Made by a program: the position numbers and the translations under genes. From sequence record NC_048170.1: a stretch of DNA of 64,000 nucleotides; one strand, written 5' to 3'. The notes under the pieces are model-generated. The model made no database searches. It was not told the DNA's origin and worked only from the letters and a program-made list of their open reading frames with translations. Origin of the DNA: Escherichia phage vB_EcoM_Goslar. Of this stretch, positions 17,399-29,863 are shown in pieces (positions within the stretch are counted from its first letter, which is position 1; each line of letters opens with the position of its first letter).

Positions 17399-17716
17399 TT
17401 AGTTTGCACGTAAGAAATGACCCAGAACCGTTACGATTGGAAACAGCCCCGTAACAGTATTATCACCCGAAAACATCATCATTGTTCCGTTAACGGTGAT
17501 GAAACGGATGTCGGTTGCGGACCCATCGATAGCGACAAAACGCATCGAGTTCGGTGGAAGGTCCTCAACCACTTCCACGAGGTACTCGCGATTATCAAAG
17601 GCTTCTTTAACACGACGCATGAAACGAATCAAGGTTCCTTCCGCGTCAGCTTCCAAATGACCTAAGATATCGCGATTATTACGAATAGCAAATACAGCCA
17701 TTTTAAACATACTCAT
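17399..17716 (-). CDS. hypothetical protein (105 aa)
   Basis: ORF track; preceded by conserved 20-nt motif. Confidence 0.45.
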   Translation of the reverse strand: MSMFKMAVFAIRNNRDILGHLEADAEGTLIRFMRRVKEAFDNREYLVEVVEDLPPNSMRFVAIDGSATDIRFITVNGTMMMFSGDNTVTGLFPIVTVLGHFLRAN

Positions 17717-17782
17717 CTTGACATCCTTTTATATTGGATTGGTTGCTAATAATTCAAGGTGAAGCTGATTACTGCATTGCTT

Positions 17783-17806
17783 CACCTAAGTAATATAGCC
17801 GTGAAA
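17783..17806 (-). promoter_or_regulatory. conserved 20-nt intergenic motif (copy 1), candidate promoter element
   Basis: taagtaatatagccgtgaaa at 17787..17806, identical to 46790..46809; both 45-70 nt upstream of a minus-strand start; minus-strand reading TTTCACGGCTATATTACTTA contains TATATT. Confidence 0.35.
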
Positions 17807-17824
17807 ATTAATGTATTAACCCAT

Positions 17825-18778
17825 TCACGCTTTTGCTAAGTAGGGTTGGATCTCATTAATCCGTTTAACCACAACCTCAGGGAAAAGTTTGAGTATTTCA
17901 TCAGGTGGTATCGTACCTTCTGTCCAACGATAGCGTTCGACCATCTCGATGCGTGGACTCCCTCCGACATCAGCGATACGAAAGATACAGGCGATGCCTA
18001 AATCGAAGCATACGCTGTAAATATCTTCCGTACCTCCTTTATCAGCAAGTATTTTCGCAAAATGCTCGTTGTCAGGAAGAATGGCTAAATTACGGATACA
18101 CCAAACATTACTACCCATTTCTTCAAGTTTTGGGTAAGTTAAAGTGTGTCCGTATTGTGTTAACCATCGATGACTTTCGAGGTAGAAGTCCTTATCCCCT
18201 GGTCGATAACCCAATATCACTCCCGTGTAGAAGAGATTGGGCATATCGAGCAGTTCTCGAATCGTTGGGCCGGTATGCTCCCAGAGACAGATTTGTTTAC
18301 GGTCTATATCGTAATCTGTGACGTTACTCACCTCCCAACTTATCGTAAGTTCATCGGCAACACGCCAACCTAAAGCATGTTCGCCACCAAGCAGATTAAC
18401 AATGGCCGATATTTCATACTTGTCAAATACGCCTAAATTACGCGGTGGTTGCATCGTACGTAATGGCTCCCACAGCACACTGTAATCATAGAGCAAATGG
18501 CGACATAAACTTTTTGTTAGGGGTGTCTGTTCAGTGAAAAGTGGAAGAATCACCGTATCCAATAACGGGCGTAACGGATGATCGTTCGGTGGTAACGGGG
18601 CAGCCAGCCGACCTCCTTCTTTGGGGTAATCGAGACCAAACCCGTAACGCTCCGAAATAAGCGCAACCAGCACTTTTGCTACGCGGTTACGTAGCATGCG
18701 ATGGATATCATCACTGTAACTGAATTTCGGTTTATTTCCGCAAACGAAGGTGAAGTATCTAGGCGATAGCTTAACCAT
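17825..18778 (-). CDS. hypothetical protein (about 317 aa)
   Basis: ORF track 17825..18835; start moved to ATG 18778 (MVKLSPRYF) preceded by AAGGAAAAG and not overlapping upstream gene. Confidence 0.5.
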   Translation of the reverse strand: MVKLSPRYFTFVCGNKPKFSYSDDIHRMLRNRVAKVLVALISERYGFGLDYPKEGGRLAAPLPPNDHPLRPLLDTVILPLFTEQTPLTKSLCRHLLYDYSVLWEPLRTMQPPRNLGVFDKYEISAIVNLLGGEHALGWRVADELTISWEVSNVTDYDIDRKQICLWEHTGPTIRELLDMPNLFYTGVILGYRPGDKDFYLESHRWLTQYGHTLTYPKLEEMGSNVWCIRNLAILPDNEHFAKILADKGGTEDIYSVCFDLGIACIFRIADVGGSPRIEMVERYRWTEGTIPPDEILKLFPEVVVKRINEIQPYLAKA

Positions 18779-18788
18779 AGTCTTTTCC

Positions 18789-19235
18789 TTAATCCAGATA
18801 GTACGTGATGGATAGGTCTTTTCCATCGAATACAATATCCGTGCAGTCGTGGATGGTCGGTAATACCATTTTTGCTGCTATTGGGACGTATGCTTGCAAC
18901 TCCATGAAGTTATTCATACGGAACGCACGACGTACCATCAACGGCGTTAGTGTAAACGTTACGCTAACGTTACCGCTTGGGAGCAGGTGCATTATCGCAT
19001 GCCCGTGATCGCACCAGCAATGGTTTTCGATCCATCCGGTGTAAATCAGAATATCTTTATCTTCGTCGTAATAAGCAATACCGGTCTGCTTTAAGTGGCT
19101 GGTAAATCGAGAGGCTTGCTCGTAGCCTGCACGCAACATTCGAGCAACCAGTCGAGTATTGTTAGCGATTCGATTCTGTTCGTTGGTTTTTGTGGTTTTG
19201 AAAATTTCGATACGTTCTGCTTTTGTAATTTGCAT
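18789..19235 (-). CDS. hypothetical protein (148 aa)
   Basis: ORF track. Confidence 0.5.
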   Translation of the reverse strand: MQITKAERIEIFKTTKTNEQNRIANNTRLVARMLRAGYEQASRFTSHLKQTGIAYYDEDKDILIYTGWIENHCWCDHGHAIMHLLPSGNVSVTFTLTPLMVRRAFRMNNFMELQAYVPIAAKMVLPTIHDCTDIVFDGKDLSITYYLD

Positions 19236-19237
19236 GG

Positions 19238-19654
19238 TTACTGTCCTATTGAATTGTGTTTAAATAATTGGATAAATGGGGTACCAAATAAAGGGCTATA
19301 TGAATGTATTCGGTTCTCCTCCGATTCGTAATACTCGATAGGCCACGATATTGGTTTAGGTAGACGATCTAATGCTTGCAACACAGCGTGTTTAACATCA
19401 TTACTTTCGATCGGATACGGAAGTACCGTCGACGAACAGAACACGCGTGTTCGATGTAAATAAATGAGATGCTGCTGTAGCTTAGACAAACGCCTACGCT
19501 TGATTAAGAAACCGATTACGCGGCAATCGGGGTGATCGTAGTGATAACGTGCGCTATCGAAATAAGCCCGTTCCCCTTTAGCAATGAGATACTTTATCGC
19601 TTGCATGAAAGAGTAACGGCGTAATTCTCCATCAGCCAACATAACACGAATCAT
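19238..19654 (-). CDS. hypothetical protein (138 aa)
   Basis: ORF track. Confidence 0.45.
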   Translation of the reverse strand: MIRVMLADGELRRYSFMQAIKYLIAKGERAYFDSARYHYDHPDCRVIGFLIKRRRLSKLQQHLIYLHRTRVFCSSTVLPYPIESNDVKHAVLQALDRLPKPISWPIEYYESEENRIHSYSPLFGTPFIQLFKHNSIGQ

Positions 19655-20253
19655 TACTTAGGTTCCAGTGTTGGTCCGAACAACCAGAATGTCAGACGCT
19701 GGTAAACCTGTTCGATGACTGCGGCTTCTGTTTGCTCTTCTAGTGCTTTCCCTTTCTTATGTTGTATTTCTGGCGGGATGTCGCCGTTGTAAACATACTC
19801 TGTTGAGAAGTCCCACGCCAGCCGTTTACCGAAAGTGGGTAAGAACACCTCTTCGAATCGGAACGCTTTCGAATTCCAATGAAGCAGCTGATCGGATTCA
19901 ACATGTAAAGCTTTATTACGTTTGCTTGGCATGTTTCCGAAGTACTGAACGATAGCTGATTTCATAACCTGATCTGCGAAGTCTTTGGCTTCGGCCTCAT
20001 CGAGGGGAGGCAGACGATGCGACAGATTCAGCTTGCGTTGCTCAACATCGATCTTACGCATTGCTTTAATCAAATCACCAGGAACGATTTTACCCTTATG
20101 GCCTTCCTGTCGATGTACGAAACACCCCTGGAATAGCACGCAAAGTTCTTGAGGTGCGGTACTTTCCATTCGTCCGTAAGCAACGATCACCGATCGACGA
20201 CGATCGATAACTTCACGGATAAACCGCGGCTCAGTAATACTCACCACTGTCAT
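19654..20253 (-). CDS. hypothetical protein (199 aa)
   Basis: ORF track. Confidence 0.5.
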   Translation of the reverse strand: MTVVSITEPRFIREVIDRRRSVIVAYGRMESTAPQELCVLFQGCFVHRQEGHKGKIVPGDLIKAMRKIDVEQRKLNLSHRLPPLDEAEAKDFADQVMKSAIVQYFGNMPSKRNKALHVESDQLLHWNSKAFRFEEVFLPTFGKRLAWDFSTEYVYNGDIPPEIQHKKGKALEEQTEAAVIEQVYQRLTFWLFGPTLEPK

Positions 20254-20297
20254 TTAAAGCCCTCTTTATCTTTTTCCATTTCTCTTTACATAACCAC

Positions 20298-20984
20298 TTA
20301 AGACGTTGCCATCTTACCTTCCAGAGACTTCTTCGGTAAACCATGGATAACTCCTTCCGGGGTTAAGAACACACAGTCTGGATTCTGCGTTCGTGAACGG
20401 TCTTCTGGACTGTTCAACGAGAACAACAACGCAGAAATACCTTTTGTCCGATTTAACGTTGCGACGATCACATCAAGCTGCCGTAGCGCATCCGATACGG
20501 TTCGATGTGGAACGATTCGCGACTGTTTGAAGCTGGCTAACCGCCAAGTCTCGAACAAACAACGCAGTTTAAACACGTCGGACGGAATAGCTGTAGATCC
20601 CTGTTCGATAACCTCAACCCGATCAGCTTCAGGATAACCTACAGCAACCGCACTAAAGTGTCTTACCCCATTATGAAAATCATCGATAGACGCTTCAGCG
20701 TATTTACATACCGTACCAGAAACGACCATCACTTTTGCTAAACCGCGATAATTGATCGTTAACGGAATACGAAATACACGTAAAGCATGTTCCGGATTTA
20801 ATGAGACGTCATTCACTTTCGCAGATACCAGCGCACCTCGTTCATATCGAGCTTTGAACGGCAGCCCATTATAAACGGGATTGATCACAACGCCCCCTGG
20901 GGAGGCGTTAGCGTTAAGATGAGTGTTAAGCCAATCGGATACTTCCTGTCTGCTGGTTACGATCAACATAAAACGGTCCTCCAT
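20298..20984 (-). CDS. hypothetical protein (start uncertain)
   Basis: ORF track 20298..21104 overlaps upstream gene; internal Met (MEDRFMLIV) chosen. Confidence 0.45.
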   Translation of the reverse strand: MEDRFMLIVTSRQEVSDWLNTHLNANASPGGVVINPVYNGLPFKARYERGALVSAKVNDVSLNPEHALRVFRIPLTINYRGLAKVMVVSGTVCKYAEASIDDFHNGVRHFSAVAVGYPEADRVEVIEQGSTAIPSDVFKLRCLFETWRLASFKQSRIVPHRTVSDALRQLDVIVATLNRTKGISALLFSLNSPEDRSRTQNPDCVFLTPEGVIHGLPKKSLEGKMATS

Positions 20985-20994
20985 TTCTTTTCCT

Positions 20995-21645
20995 TCATTC
21001 ATGACGCATATCTTCCAAATCATCCTTTTGTTTTGTAAATTCTGATTGCTTGCGATAAACCGTCCATAAGTCGTATATACCGTGAAAGTTAAGATGGCGC
21101 GCATTTAAGTTAACGGTGAATTCTTCCACAGAGGCAAAATCCGAACGAAGCATCGAATGGAAGGTGTCATCTCCAGTGCAGCCTCCGTATCCTTCACCCT
21201 GATAGACCAAAAGCTGGTGAGGTTGGATACGTGCGGCAACCAATGCAGCTTGTGGTTCGTCGTAAGGCGGCCACGACAGTAGAATAACGTCGTACTGTGA
21301 AAGATCGATGTTTGTGTAGTCGGCTTGCTGGATATCATCAATAAACGGATGGGGATGTATTGCGGTGTCGTACGCGGTAACGTCCTCAACACCAAGTTTA
21401 CGTAACACGTAAGTCAGATAACCTGTCCCACAACCCAAGTCAGCGATGCGTCGTCCGTAACAGATGTTCGCTAACTGGAGCGCGGTATCCATGGTTAACA
21501 ACGACCATCCGATGTGCTGAGTGTATTCTTCACGCATATCCCATTGTTGTCGATACGGCATCGGTTCTAAGATAGCAGCAAGCTGCTGGTACGGCAACGG
21601 CATTTTGGTTTCGCCTTGCGTGAGTAATGCGATAACATCGTTCAT
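20995..21645 (-). CDS. class I SAM-dependent methyltransferase-like protein
   Basis: Motif I IADLGCGTG, acidic VTAYD, later SWPPY (atypical xPPY); start at ATG 21645 preceded by AAGGAAA; ORF track start 21693 would run through hairpin. Confidence 0.55.
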   Translation of the reverse strand: MNDVIALLTQGETKMPLPYQQLAAILEPMPYRQQWDMREEYTQHIGWSLLTMDTALQLANICYGRRIADLGCGTGYLTYVLRKLGVEDVTAYDTAIHPHPFIDDIQQADYTNIDLSQYDVILLSWPPYDEPQAALVAARIQPHQLLVYQGEGYGGCTGDDTFHSMLRSDFASVEEFTVNLNARHLNFHGIYDLWTVYRKQSEFTKQKDDLEDMRHE

Positions 21646-21660
21646 TTTGTTTCCTTTTAT

Positions 21661-21688
21661 CGGCATAAGCCCTCCCATGCCGGGAGGG
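21661..21688 (-). terminator. hairpin CCCTCCC-atgcc-GGGAGGG downstream of 21694..22122
   Basis: Inverted repeat 21670..21688; weak U-tract (CUUAUGCC) on minus strand. Confidence 0.45.
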
Positions 21689-21693
21689 TACAA

Positions 21694-22122
21694 TTATTCA
21701 TTTTCAATAACTTTAAGATTCGGTGTACCGAGCGTTTTCTTCACCAACGCTTCGGCAACACGTTTCTCGATGAAATCGGTTGCATTGCTTCCGTCTATCG
21801 TACGCATATCGCCACGGAAATTGCTGAAGACCATAAACAAGTCACAACCATCGATAGGTATCGCAAGATCATAACTGACTTGTGATGCTGTGAAATGGAC
21901 ACCCACGACAACGGCGGGAACGAATTTAACCGCTATGTTATCTCCTTCTTCTCCGGTTCCGAACGGAAGCTCAACACGATCACCGATAGAGAACTGTGAG
22001 ACATCATTAATCGCGTGAGTTAGTGCGATTCGTTGCATGTCGGCGATCTTTTCCTTATTCGCGTCGCAAGGTAGGTCCAAGACTTCTTCCAACGTGAAGA
22101 ATTTACGATCGAACCAGCTCAT
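21694..22122 (-). CDS. hypothetical protein (142 aa)
   Basis: ORF track. Confidence 0.5.
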   Translation of the reverse strand: MSWFDRKFFTLEEVLDLPCDANKEKIADMQRIALTHAINDVSQFSIGDRVELPFGTGEEGDNIAVKFVPAVVVGVHFTASQVSYDLAIPIDGCDLFMVFSNFRGDMRTIDGSNATDFIEKRVAEALVKKTLGTPNLKVIENE

Positions 22123-22123
22123 G

Positions 22124-22657
22124 TTAAGCTCCTTTGTGTTTTACGGACGATGTTAACCAGGACGATCTTACCGTGAAACCCTCAGACTCGTAGAACGCCT
22201 GGGCTTCGTCGTTATCAGCACGAACATCCAGACCGATAGAATGACCACCGCATCGGTAAGCGATGTTACGTGCTTCATTCATCAAGGCGTGGCCGATCCC
22301 GCGTCCACGGTATTCCGGTTTTACAATAATCGATGTAACATCGTGAATACCCATATGGCTCTCTGTATTCACTTCCAAGAGACCCACTGGTACTGAAGCG
22401 ATAGCATCGATCATAACGACCAACTTTGCGGTGTCTGGTAAACGCTTTTCTAATTCTAAAGCATCGTACTCGCGTTTTAAATCGGGGATATTCTCAAACA
22501 TAAACGTGGTAGCCCATGCCTCTGATTCTACATCGTCGAGAATACGGTACAGCTCACGAATCTGTCGTTTATGTGGGTAAAGGTGTGGATCGGCAGCCGT
22601 TGAGGCGATAACGCAATAGAACGGTCGTTCATTAATAACTACTGTTTTGATGCTCAT
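22124..22657 (-). CDS. GNAT family N-acetyltransferase
   Basis: Motif A ...IVKPEYRGRGIGHALM... and motif B ...AQAFYESEGF... Confidence 0.7.
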   Translation of the reverse strand: MSIKTVVINERPFYCVIASTAADPHLYPHKRQIRELYRILDDVESEAWATTFMFENIPDLKREYDALELEKRLPDTAKLVVMIDAIASVPVGLLEVNTESHMGIHDVTSIIVKPEYRGRGIGHALMNEARNIAYRCGGHSIGLDVRADNDEAQAFYESEGFTVRSSWLTSSVKHKGA

Positions 22658-23160
22658 GCTAAAATTCCCTCATTACCTAACAGTCGATTACGATGACGTC
22701 GGTACATTTGACAAAGTGTTGTGATTTGATAATGTTTGTTGTAACGTACCTCGATACGTTTTTGCACCTCTTTCCATGGAAGTTTATCGTATTGCCGATA
22801 ACGATGGATTTCATTTAACATACGAAGACGAGTAGGATCGGTGTTCTTTATCGTCGTGAGCTTCACACGTTGATATCCACGCTGTAGTCCCGATTCGGAA
22901 TACGTGACGTCAAACTCATCTTGAATGATGGTAATGATCTCCCGCCACCGACGGTTCTCGCCGTCACGTAAATGGACAACCCGTGATAAGATATCGTTCC
23001 GATTACGATGACTCAGTTTAATGTTAAGCATTGAAGCAATCGCGCTAATTGCTCTCTGACTCCGTCCTAACGCTTCACCTATTTCTTTCGATGTCATGAC
23101 GCCCGCGTTTCGGCGTATGAATGCGATTTCGGTTGTTGTGTATTCTTTACCTGCTGCCAT
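22654..23160 (-). CDS. HTH-like repeat protein, tandem paralog 6 of 6
   Basis: Module YTTTEIAFIRRN...SKEIGEALGRSQRAIS plus C-terminal W-x-EV...Q-YRR module shared with paralogs. Confidence 0.5.
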   Translation of the reverse strand: MAAGKEYTTTEIAFIRRNAGVMTSKEIGEALGRSQRAISAIASMLNIKLSHRNRNDILSRVVHLRDGENRRWREIITIIQDEFDVTYSESGLQRGYQRVKLTTIKNTDPTRLRMLNEIHRYRQYDKLPWKEVQKRIEVRYNKHYQITTLCQMYRRHRNRLLGNEGILA

Positions 23161-23624
23161 TTCTTACCACGTGTGTTATAATAGTAACGCTGACAAAGAT
23201 GTGTGTGATGGTACTCCCGTTTGAACTCGACGCTGATAATGCGAGCAACTTCTCTCCAGTTAACTCCTTCATGCCGGAGTGCTGTAATACGGTCTGAAAT
23301 TTTGCACCATTCATCTGGATCGTATCGTCGTAGCTTGAGTCGTCGTATTACGGAGGCGACACTCGCTCTCGATCGGCCAAGATGATTTGACAGTTGTTTA
23401 ACCGAGTATCTGTGGATATTGTCACGAATATAGGAAATCTCGTTGTTCGTATATGCCTCATTGGTTCTCGACGAAGGGAACAGCATATACAACTTATTCT
23501 TAATCGCGCTTTCTGTGCGTTGAAATACAGAAGCCAGCTCACTAACCGGTGGTCTGGGTATCTGGTCCGCGTAATTCTCGAGGCGTGAGAGTTCCTCATC
23601 TGTCCAGCGACGGTATTTGCGCAC
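23094..23624 (-). CDS. HTH-like repeat protein, tandem paralog 5 of 6
   Basis: RRWTDEELSRLENY...SELASVFQRTESAIKNK and second module YTNNEISYIRDN...VKQLSNHLGRSRASV; start proposed at GTG 23624 preceded by AAAGGAG (ORF track 23094..23726). Confidence 0.5.
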   Translation of the reverse strand: MRKYRRWTDEELSRLENYADQIPRPPVSELASVFQRTESAIKNKLYMLFPSSRTNEAYTNNEISYIRDNIHRYSVKQLSNHLGRSRASVASVIRRLKLRRYDPDEWCKISDRITALRHEGVNWREVARIISVEFKREYHHTHLCQRYYYNTRGKKWQQVKNTQQPKSHSYAETRAS

Positions 23625-24099
23625 GGGCAACTCCTTTGTTTTTCGTGTAGTAACACCAACGTTGATACAACGCATGTTTATTCGTCGTAATCCCAAATTT
23701 AACAACAACGTCGTATGTGATAACATTCCAATTTTGGGTAACGTTAAGTCGTTCCGCGATAAACGCGATAATCGCTTCCCGTTCTTGCTTTGTTAACGCA
23801 CGACGAATTCCATTAAGCCGTATAAACTGACGAACCGAGTCATACGAACGGTTTAAATCGTACGCAATCTCCCTCAACGATTTTTGTTTGATTACGGACT
23901 TGATGTACGCGCGTTCTTCTTCCGTATACGGTCGATGCTTTTGGCGTTGACGTATTCCCAAACGTCCCAGACGCGCGTCGATGCTGGCGCGTGTTCGTCC
24001 TGTCCGTTGTGCGATTTCATCAATCGTCAGCGACGTGTTCAAGTACAGGTGTATAACATCTTTTAACTCATCGTTACGCCACGGCCGAGGTCGTCCCAT
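23596..24099 (-). CDS. HTH-like repeat protein, tandem paralog 4 of 6
   Basis: PWRNDELKDVIHLY...IDEIAQRTGRTRASIDARL; YTEEERAYIKSV...LREIAYDLNRSYDSVRQ; C-terminal NW...FGITTNKHALYQRW. Confidence 0.55.
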   Translation of the reverse strand: MGRPRPWRNDELKDVIHLYLNTSLTIDEIAQRTGRTRASIDARLGRLGIRQRQKHRPYTEEERAYIKSVIKQKSLREIAYDLNRSYDSVRQFIRLNGIRRALTKQEREAIIAFIAERLNVTQNWNVITYDVVVKFGITTNKHALYQRWCYYTKNKGVARAQIPSLDR

Positions 24100-24577
24100 C
24101 TTGTATCCCTCTTTTCTTTCTATGATGCCACCAACGCTGATAAACAGCCTGCTTCGTACGTGTTATACCGAAATGCGCATTAACCCGTTCAGCAATGTGG
24201 TGCCAATCCTGTGTTTCTTCTAACAATGTATCAACGAAGGCTATGAAGATCTTAGTATCATCCTCGCTTAACCGCTTGAAACCATGACGGTGTGCTATCG
24301 TTCTAATACTGTTTGGATCCCTGTTTAAATCGCGTGCGAGTTGTTTGTAACTTTTGTGTTTGCAGTGCACTCTGATATATTCCAACTCATCGACACTGAA
24401 ACGTTTATGCGGTTTACGACGTTCAACATTTAAGTATATCAACCTCGATTTAATTGCACCGTACGTTGTTTCCATGATTTCTGCGATTTCACGGATTTTT
24501 AATTTCGGGTGACGATAGTACAATTCCAGCAACTGTTCATCATCCTTACGATTCCATCGTCGTACTGGAGGTTTCAC
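24074..24577 (-). CDS. HTH-like repeat protein, tandem paralog 3 of 6
   Basis: RRWNRKDDEQLLELY...IREIAEIMETTYGAIKSRL; FSVDELEYIRVH...YKQLARDLNRDPNSIR; C-terminal DW...FGITRTKQAVYQRW. Confidence 0.55.
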   Translation of the reverse strand: MKPPVRRWNRKDDEQLLELYYRHPKLKIREIAEIMETTYGAIKSRLIYLNVERRKPHKRFSVDELEYIRVHCKHKSYKQLARDLNRDPNSIRTIAHRHGFKRLSEDDTKIFIAFVDTLLEETQDWHHIAERVNAHFGITRTKQAVYQRWWHHRKKRGIQDGTTSAVA

Positions 24578-24590
24578 AACGAGATTTCTC

Positions 24591-25058
24591 CTATTCTACG
24601 CGTTTTAATGCTTGAGTGTAGTAGAGGGCATGAACACCGCTTAACGTGTAATGGGTGTTAAATTCGTTATTGATGATATTCTGTATTCTCTTCCAGGTGT
24701 TATTCTCTTTTCTAAGGGTGTGTATTCGATGATAGATCATCTCTCGACGTTGCGCTTTGCATGCAACAATACCGTAACGGTAGCAGAGTTTAGCGATTGC
24801 GTCCACGCTACGGTTGAACATCGCTGCAGCTTCTTTCACGCTATGTGTCTTAAGATAATCGGCTAACATCACACGTTCTTCGAAACAACAATAGCGGTGA
24901 CGCGACATGAGTTTCCAGCGCTTGCGATTGCGGTTAATTCGACCTTGAACAGAGCCTTCGGTTCGGTCAAGCCGTGCCGCAATCTCTTGCATCGGGATAC
25001 CGTTTCGGTACAGGGTAATCAATATCGCGTCTTCTTCGGGTGTCCAGTCCTTGACCAT
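24591..25058 (-). CDS. HTH-like repeat protein, tandem paralog 2 of 6
   Basis: KDWTPEEDAILITLY...MQEIAARLDRTEGSVQGRI; second module ...VKEAAAMFNRSVDAIAK. Confidence 0.55.
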   Translation of the reverse strand: MVKDWTPEEDAILITLYRNGIPMQEIAARLDRTEGSVQGRINRNRKRWKLMSRHRYCCFEERVMLADYLKTHSVKEAAAMFNRSVDAIAKLCYRYGIVACKAQRREMIYHRIHTLRKENNTWKRIQNIINNEFNTHYTLSGVHALYYTQALKRVE

Positions 25059-25070
25059 AGCGCCACCCCA

Positions 25071-25391
25071 TCAACGTCTTACTTTAAGCGTTATCTTGTT
25101 TCGAAAACAATAACACCGGATGGCGTGTACGCTACGATTCATTATTTCAGCAATCTCTTTTAGCGTATGTTTCTTTGCAAGCGTGGCAACCCTAACCCTT
25201 TCTTCTGGCGTGTATACTCCCCCGCGAGGTGGTAGATCACCCCATCGTTTCCTCAACTTGAGGTAACGTGCGCGAATAGAGCACGGTGTTCGATTCATGC
25301 TTCGCGCTACTTCTTTATAGCTCGCTTTTGGTGATGTACTAAGAATAAGCAGCAACGTTTCATCTTCTTTATCTGTCCAACGTTTACCCAT
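25071..25391 (-). CDS. HTH-like repeat protein, tandem paralog 1 of 6 (two modules only)
   Basis: KRWTDKEDETLLLIL...YKEVARSMNRTPCSIRARY; YTPEERVRVATL...LKEIAEIMNRSVHAIR. Confidence 0.55.
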   Translation of the reverse strand: MGKRWTDKEDETLLLILSTSPKASYKEVARSMNRTPCSIRARYLKLRKRWGDLPPRGGVYTPEERVRVATLAKKHTLKEIAEIMNRSVHAIRCYCFRNKITLKVRR

Positions 25392-25395
25392 TTTC

Positions 25396-28473
<3,078 letters not shown>

Positions 28474-28553
28474 AAAATTGTCAAAATGTACATCAGCATA
28501 ACGCCCGTGCCCGCCCGCGATGGGAGGGACACAGGCAATACGCTTTTATTTCG

Positions 28554-29186
28554 TCAAGACTTCACAACACATTCGACTTCGTCGTTCATATAAGCTTCGT
28601 ATAACGACAGCACTTCCTTCATTTTAATTTCAGGTAGCGCAACGGAACGAATCGCTTTCAGGATATTCCGTGTTTGATGGTGTTTAACCTTCGCTTCACG
28701 TAGTTTACAGAATTGACGGATGCAGGTATTAACCTTACCCCCTTCCGCACGTTCGAGGGCGACATGCAGTTTCAGGTCCAGTAATACTTCCGTGAGTTCC
28801 TGGGTGGCAGGATCGTTACGAATAAGCCGCACTGTACGTTCATCCGGATTCAGCATCTCGAGATACTGAAGCTTGATATGTTCAGGTACGGGTTTCGTGT
28901 TCATCATGATGGCATCAAGCTGTTCCTTAACACCCAACTCATTGAACACGTAACGTTCGATGTTTACGACGTGTGCTTTTCCTGACTCGCCATAAACCGC
29001 CATCGCACGATAGTCATCAAACAACACAGCATACAACAAATCCTGTTCCGGTCCGATGGTACCATCGATGAGCTTCGGCGCATGCTTCTTCAGGAAGCCA
29101 TAGCGAATCGCCTCATCCGGCATGAGCGTCCACGCATTAACGGGTTGCTTTACGAGTTCCATGTAACACCTCATCAAGATTATCAC
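28554..29186 (-). CDS. hypothetical protein (210 aa)
   Basis: ORF track. Confidence 0.45.
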   Translation of the reverse strand: MIILMRCYMELVKQPVNAWTLMPDEAIRYGFLKKHAPKLIDGTIGPEQDLLYAVLFDDYRAMAVYGESGKAHVVNIERYVFNELGVKEQLDAIMMNTKPVPEHIKLQYLEMLNPDERTVRLIRNDPATQELTEVLLDLKLHVALERAEGGKVNTCIRQFCKLREAKVKHHQTRNILKAIRSVALPEIKMKEVLSLYEAYMNDEVECVVKS

Positions 29187-29457
29187 TTACACCTGGCGGT
29201 ACCACGATACCGGTACGAATCACAGCAGCAACTTCCTGCATGCCTTTACCTTTCAACGCGTAGGTTTCATATACCGTATTACGTCGCGTCGTTAATCCAA
29301 CAAATTTACATACAACCATGTTGTTTTCTGAAAGGTAGGCGGTGTCGAGTTCGCCGTGCAACAATTCTTTTTCTTTGGTATCAATGCCTAATAACGCAAT
29401 TTGATAAGCAGAAAGTTTCCAATAGCGCATGTTATCACCCAAACTGTTAAGAAGCAT
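29137..29457 (-). CDS. hypothetical protein (106 aa)
   Basis: ORF track; overlaps neighbours. Confidence 0.35.
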   Translation of the reverse strand: MLLNSLGDNMRYWKLSAYQIALLGIDTKEKELLHGELDTAYLSENNMVVCKFVGLTTRRNTVYETYALKGKGMQEVAAVIRTGIVVPPGVSDNLDEVLHGTRKATR

Positions 29458-29863
29458 CCTGTTTAATGTCGATGACTATTTCCGTTCGAACCGGATTAGT
29501 CAGCACAGCACGCATGCGTTCAAGCATCATTGGGTTATCCGTAACCACCACATCGGCGTAACACAATGGATGACTTTCGAACGCTTCAGTGTCGCTTACT
29601 AACAGAACACCCATCACATTTACGTATTGCGGTATGCGTCCACGGATGCGTTGCCACATGTCTTGAGTAAGGTCTTCGTTTTCTAATGCGACCACGACAA
29701 CAGGACTGATGTTTACCGGGAAACGCGGGTGCACCGTACGACGAAATGTTACCCAGTTTTCGACGTGGGATAATGCAAGTTCAAGAGAACAGCATTTTGG
29801 AGAAATCTGTATGTTTATTTGCTGAATCAATGAAAGGGGGTTTTGTACAGTCGCTTCAGCCAT
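29447..29863 (-). CDS. hypothetical protein (138 aa)
   Basis: ORF track. Confidence 0.45.
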   Translation of the reverse strand: MAEATVQNPLSLIQQINIQISPKCCSLELALSHVENWVTFRRTVHPRFPVNISPVVVVALENEDLTQDMWQRIRGRIPQYVNVMGVLLVSDTEAFESHPLCYADVVVTDNPMMLERMRAVLTNPVRTEIVIDIKQDAS

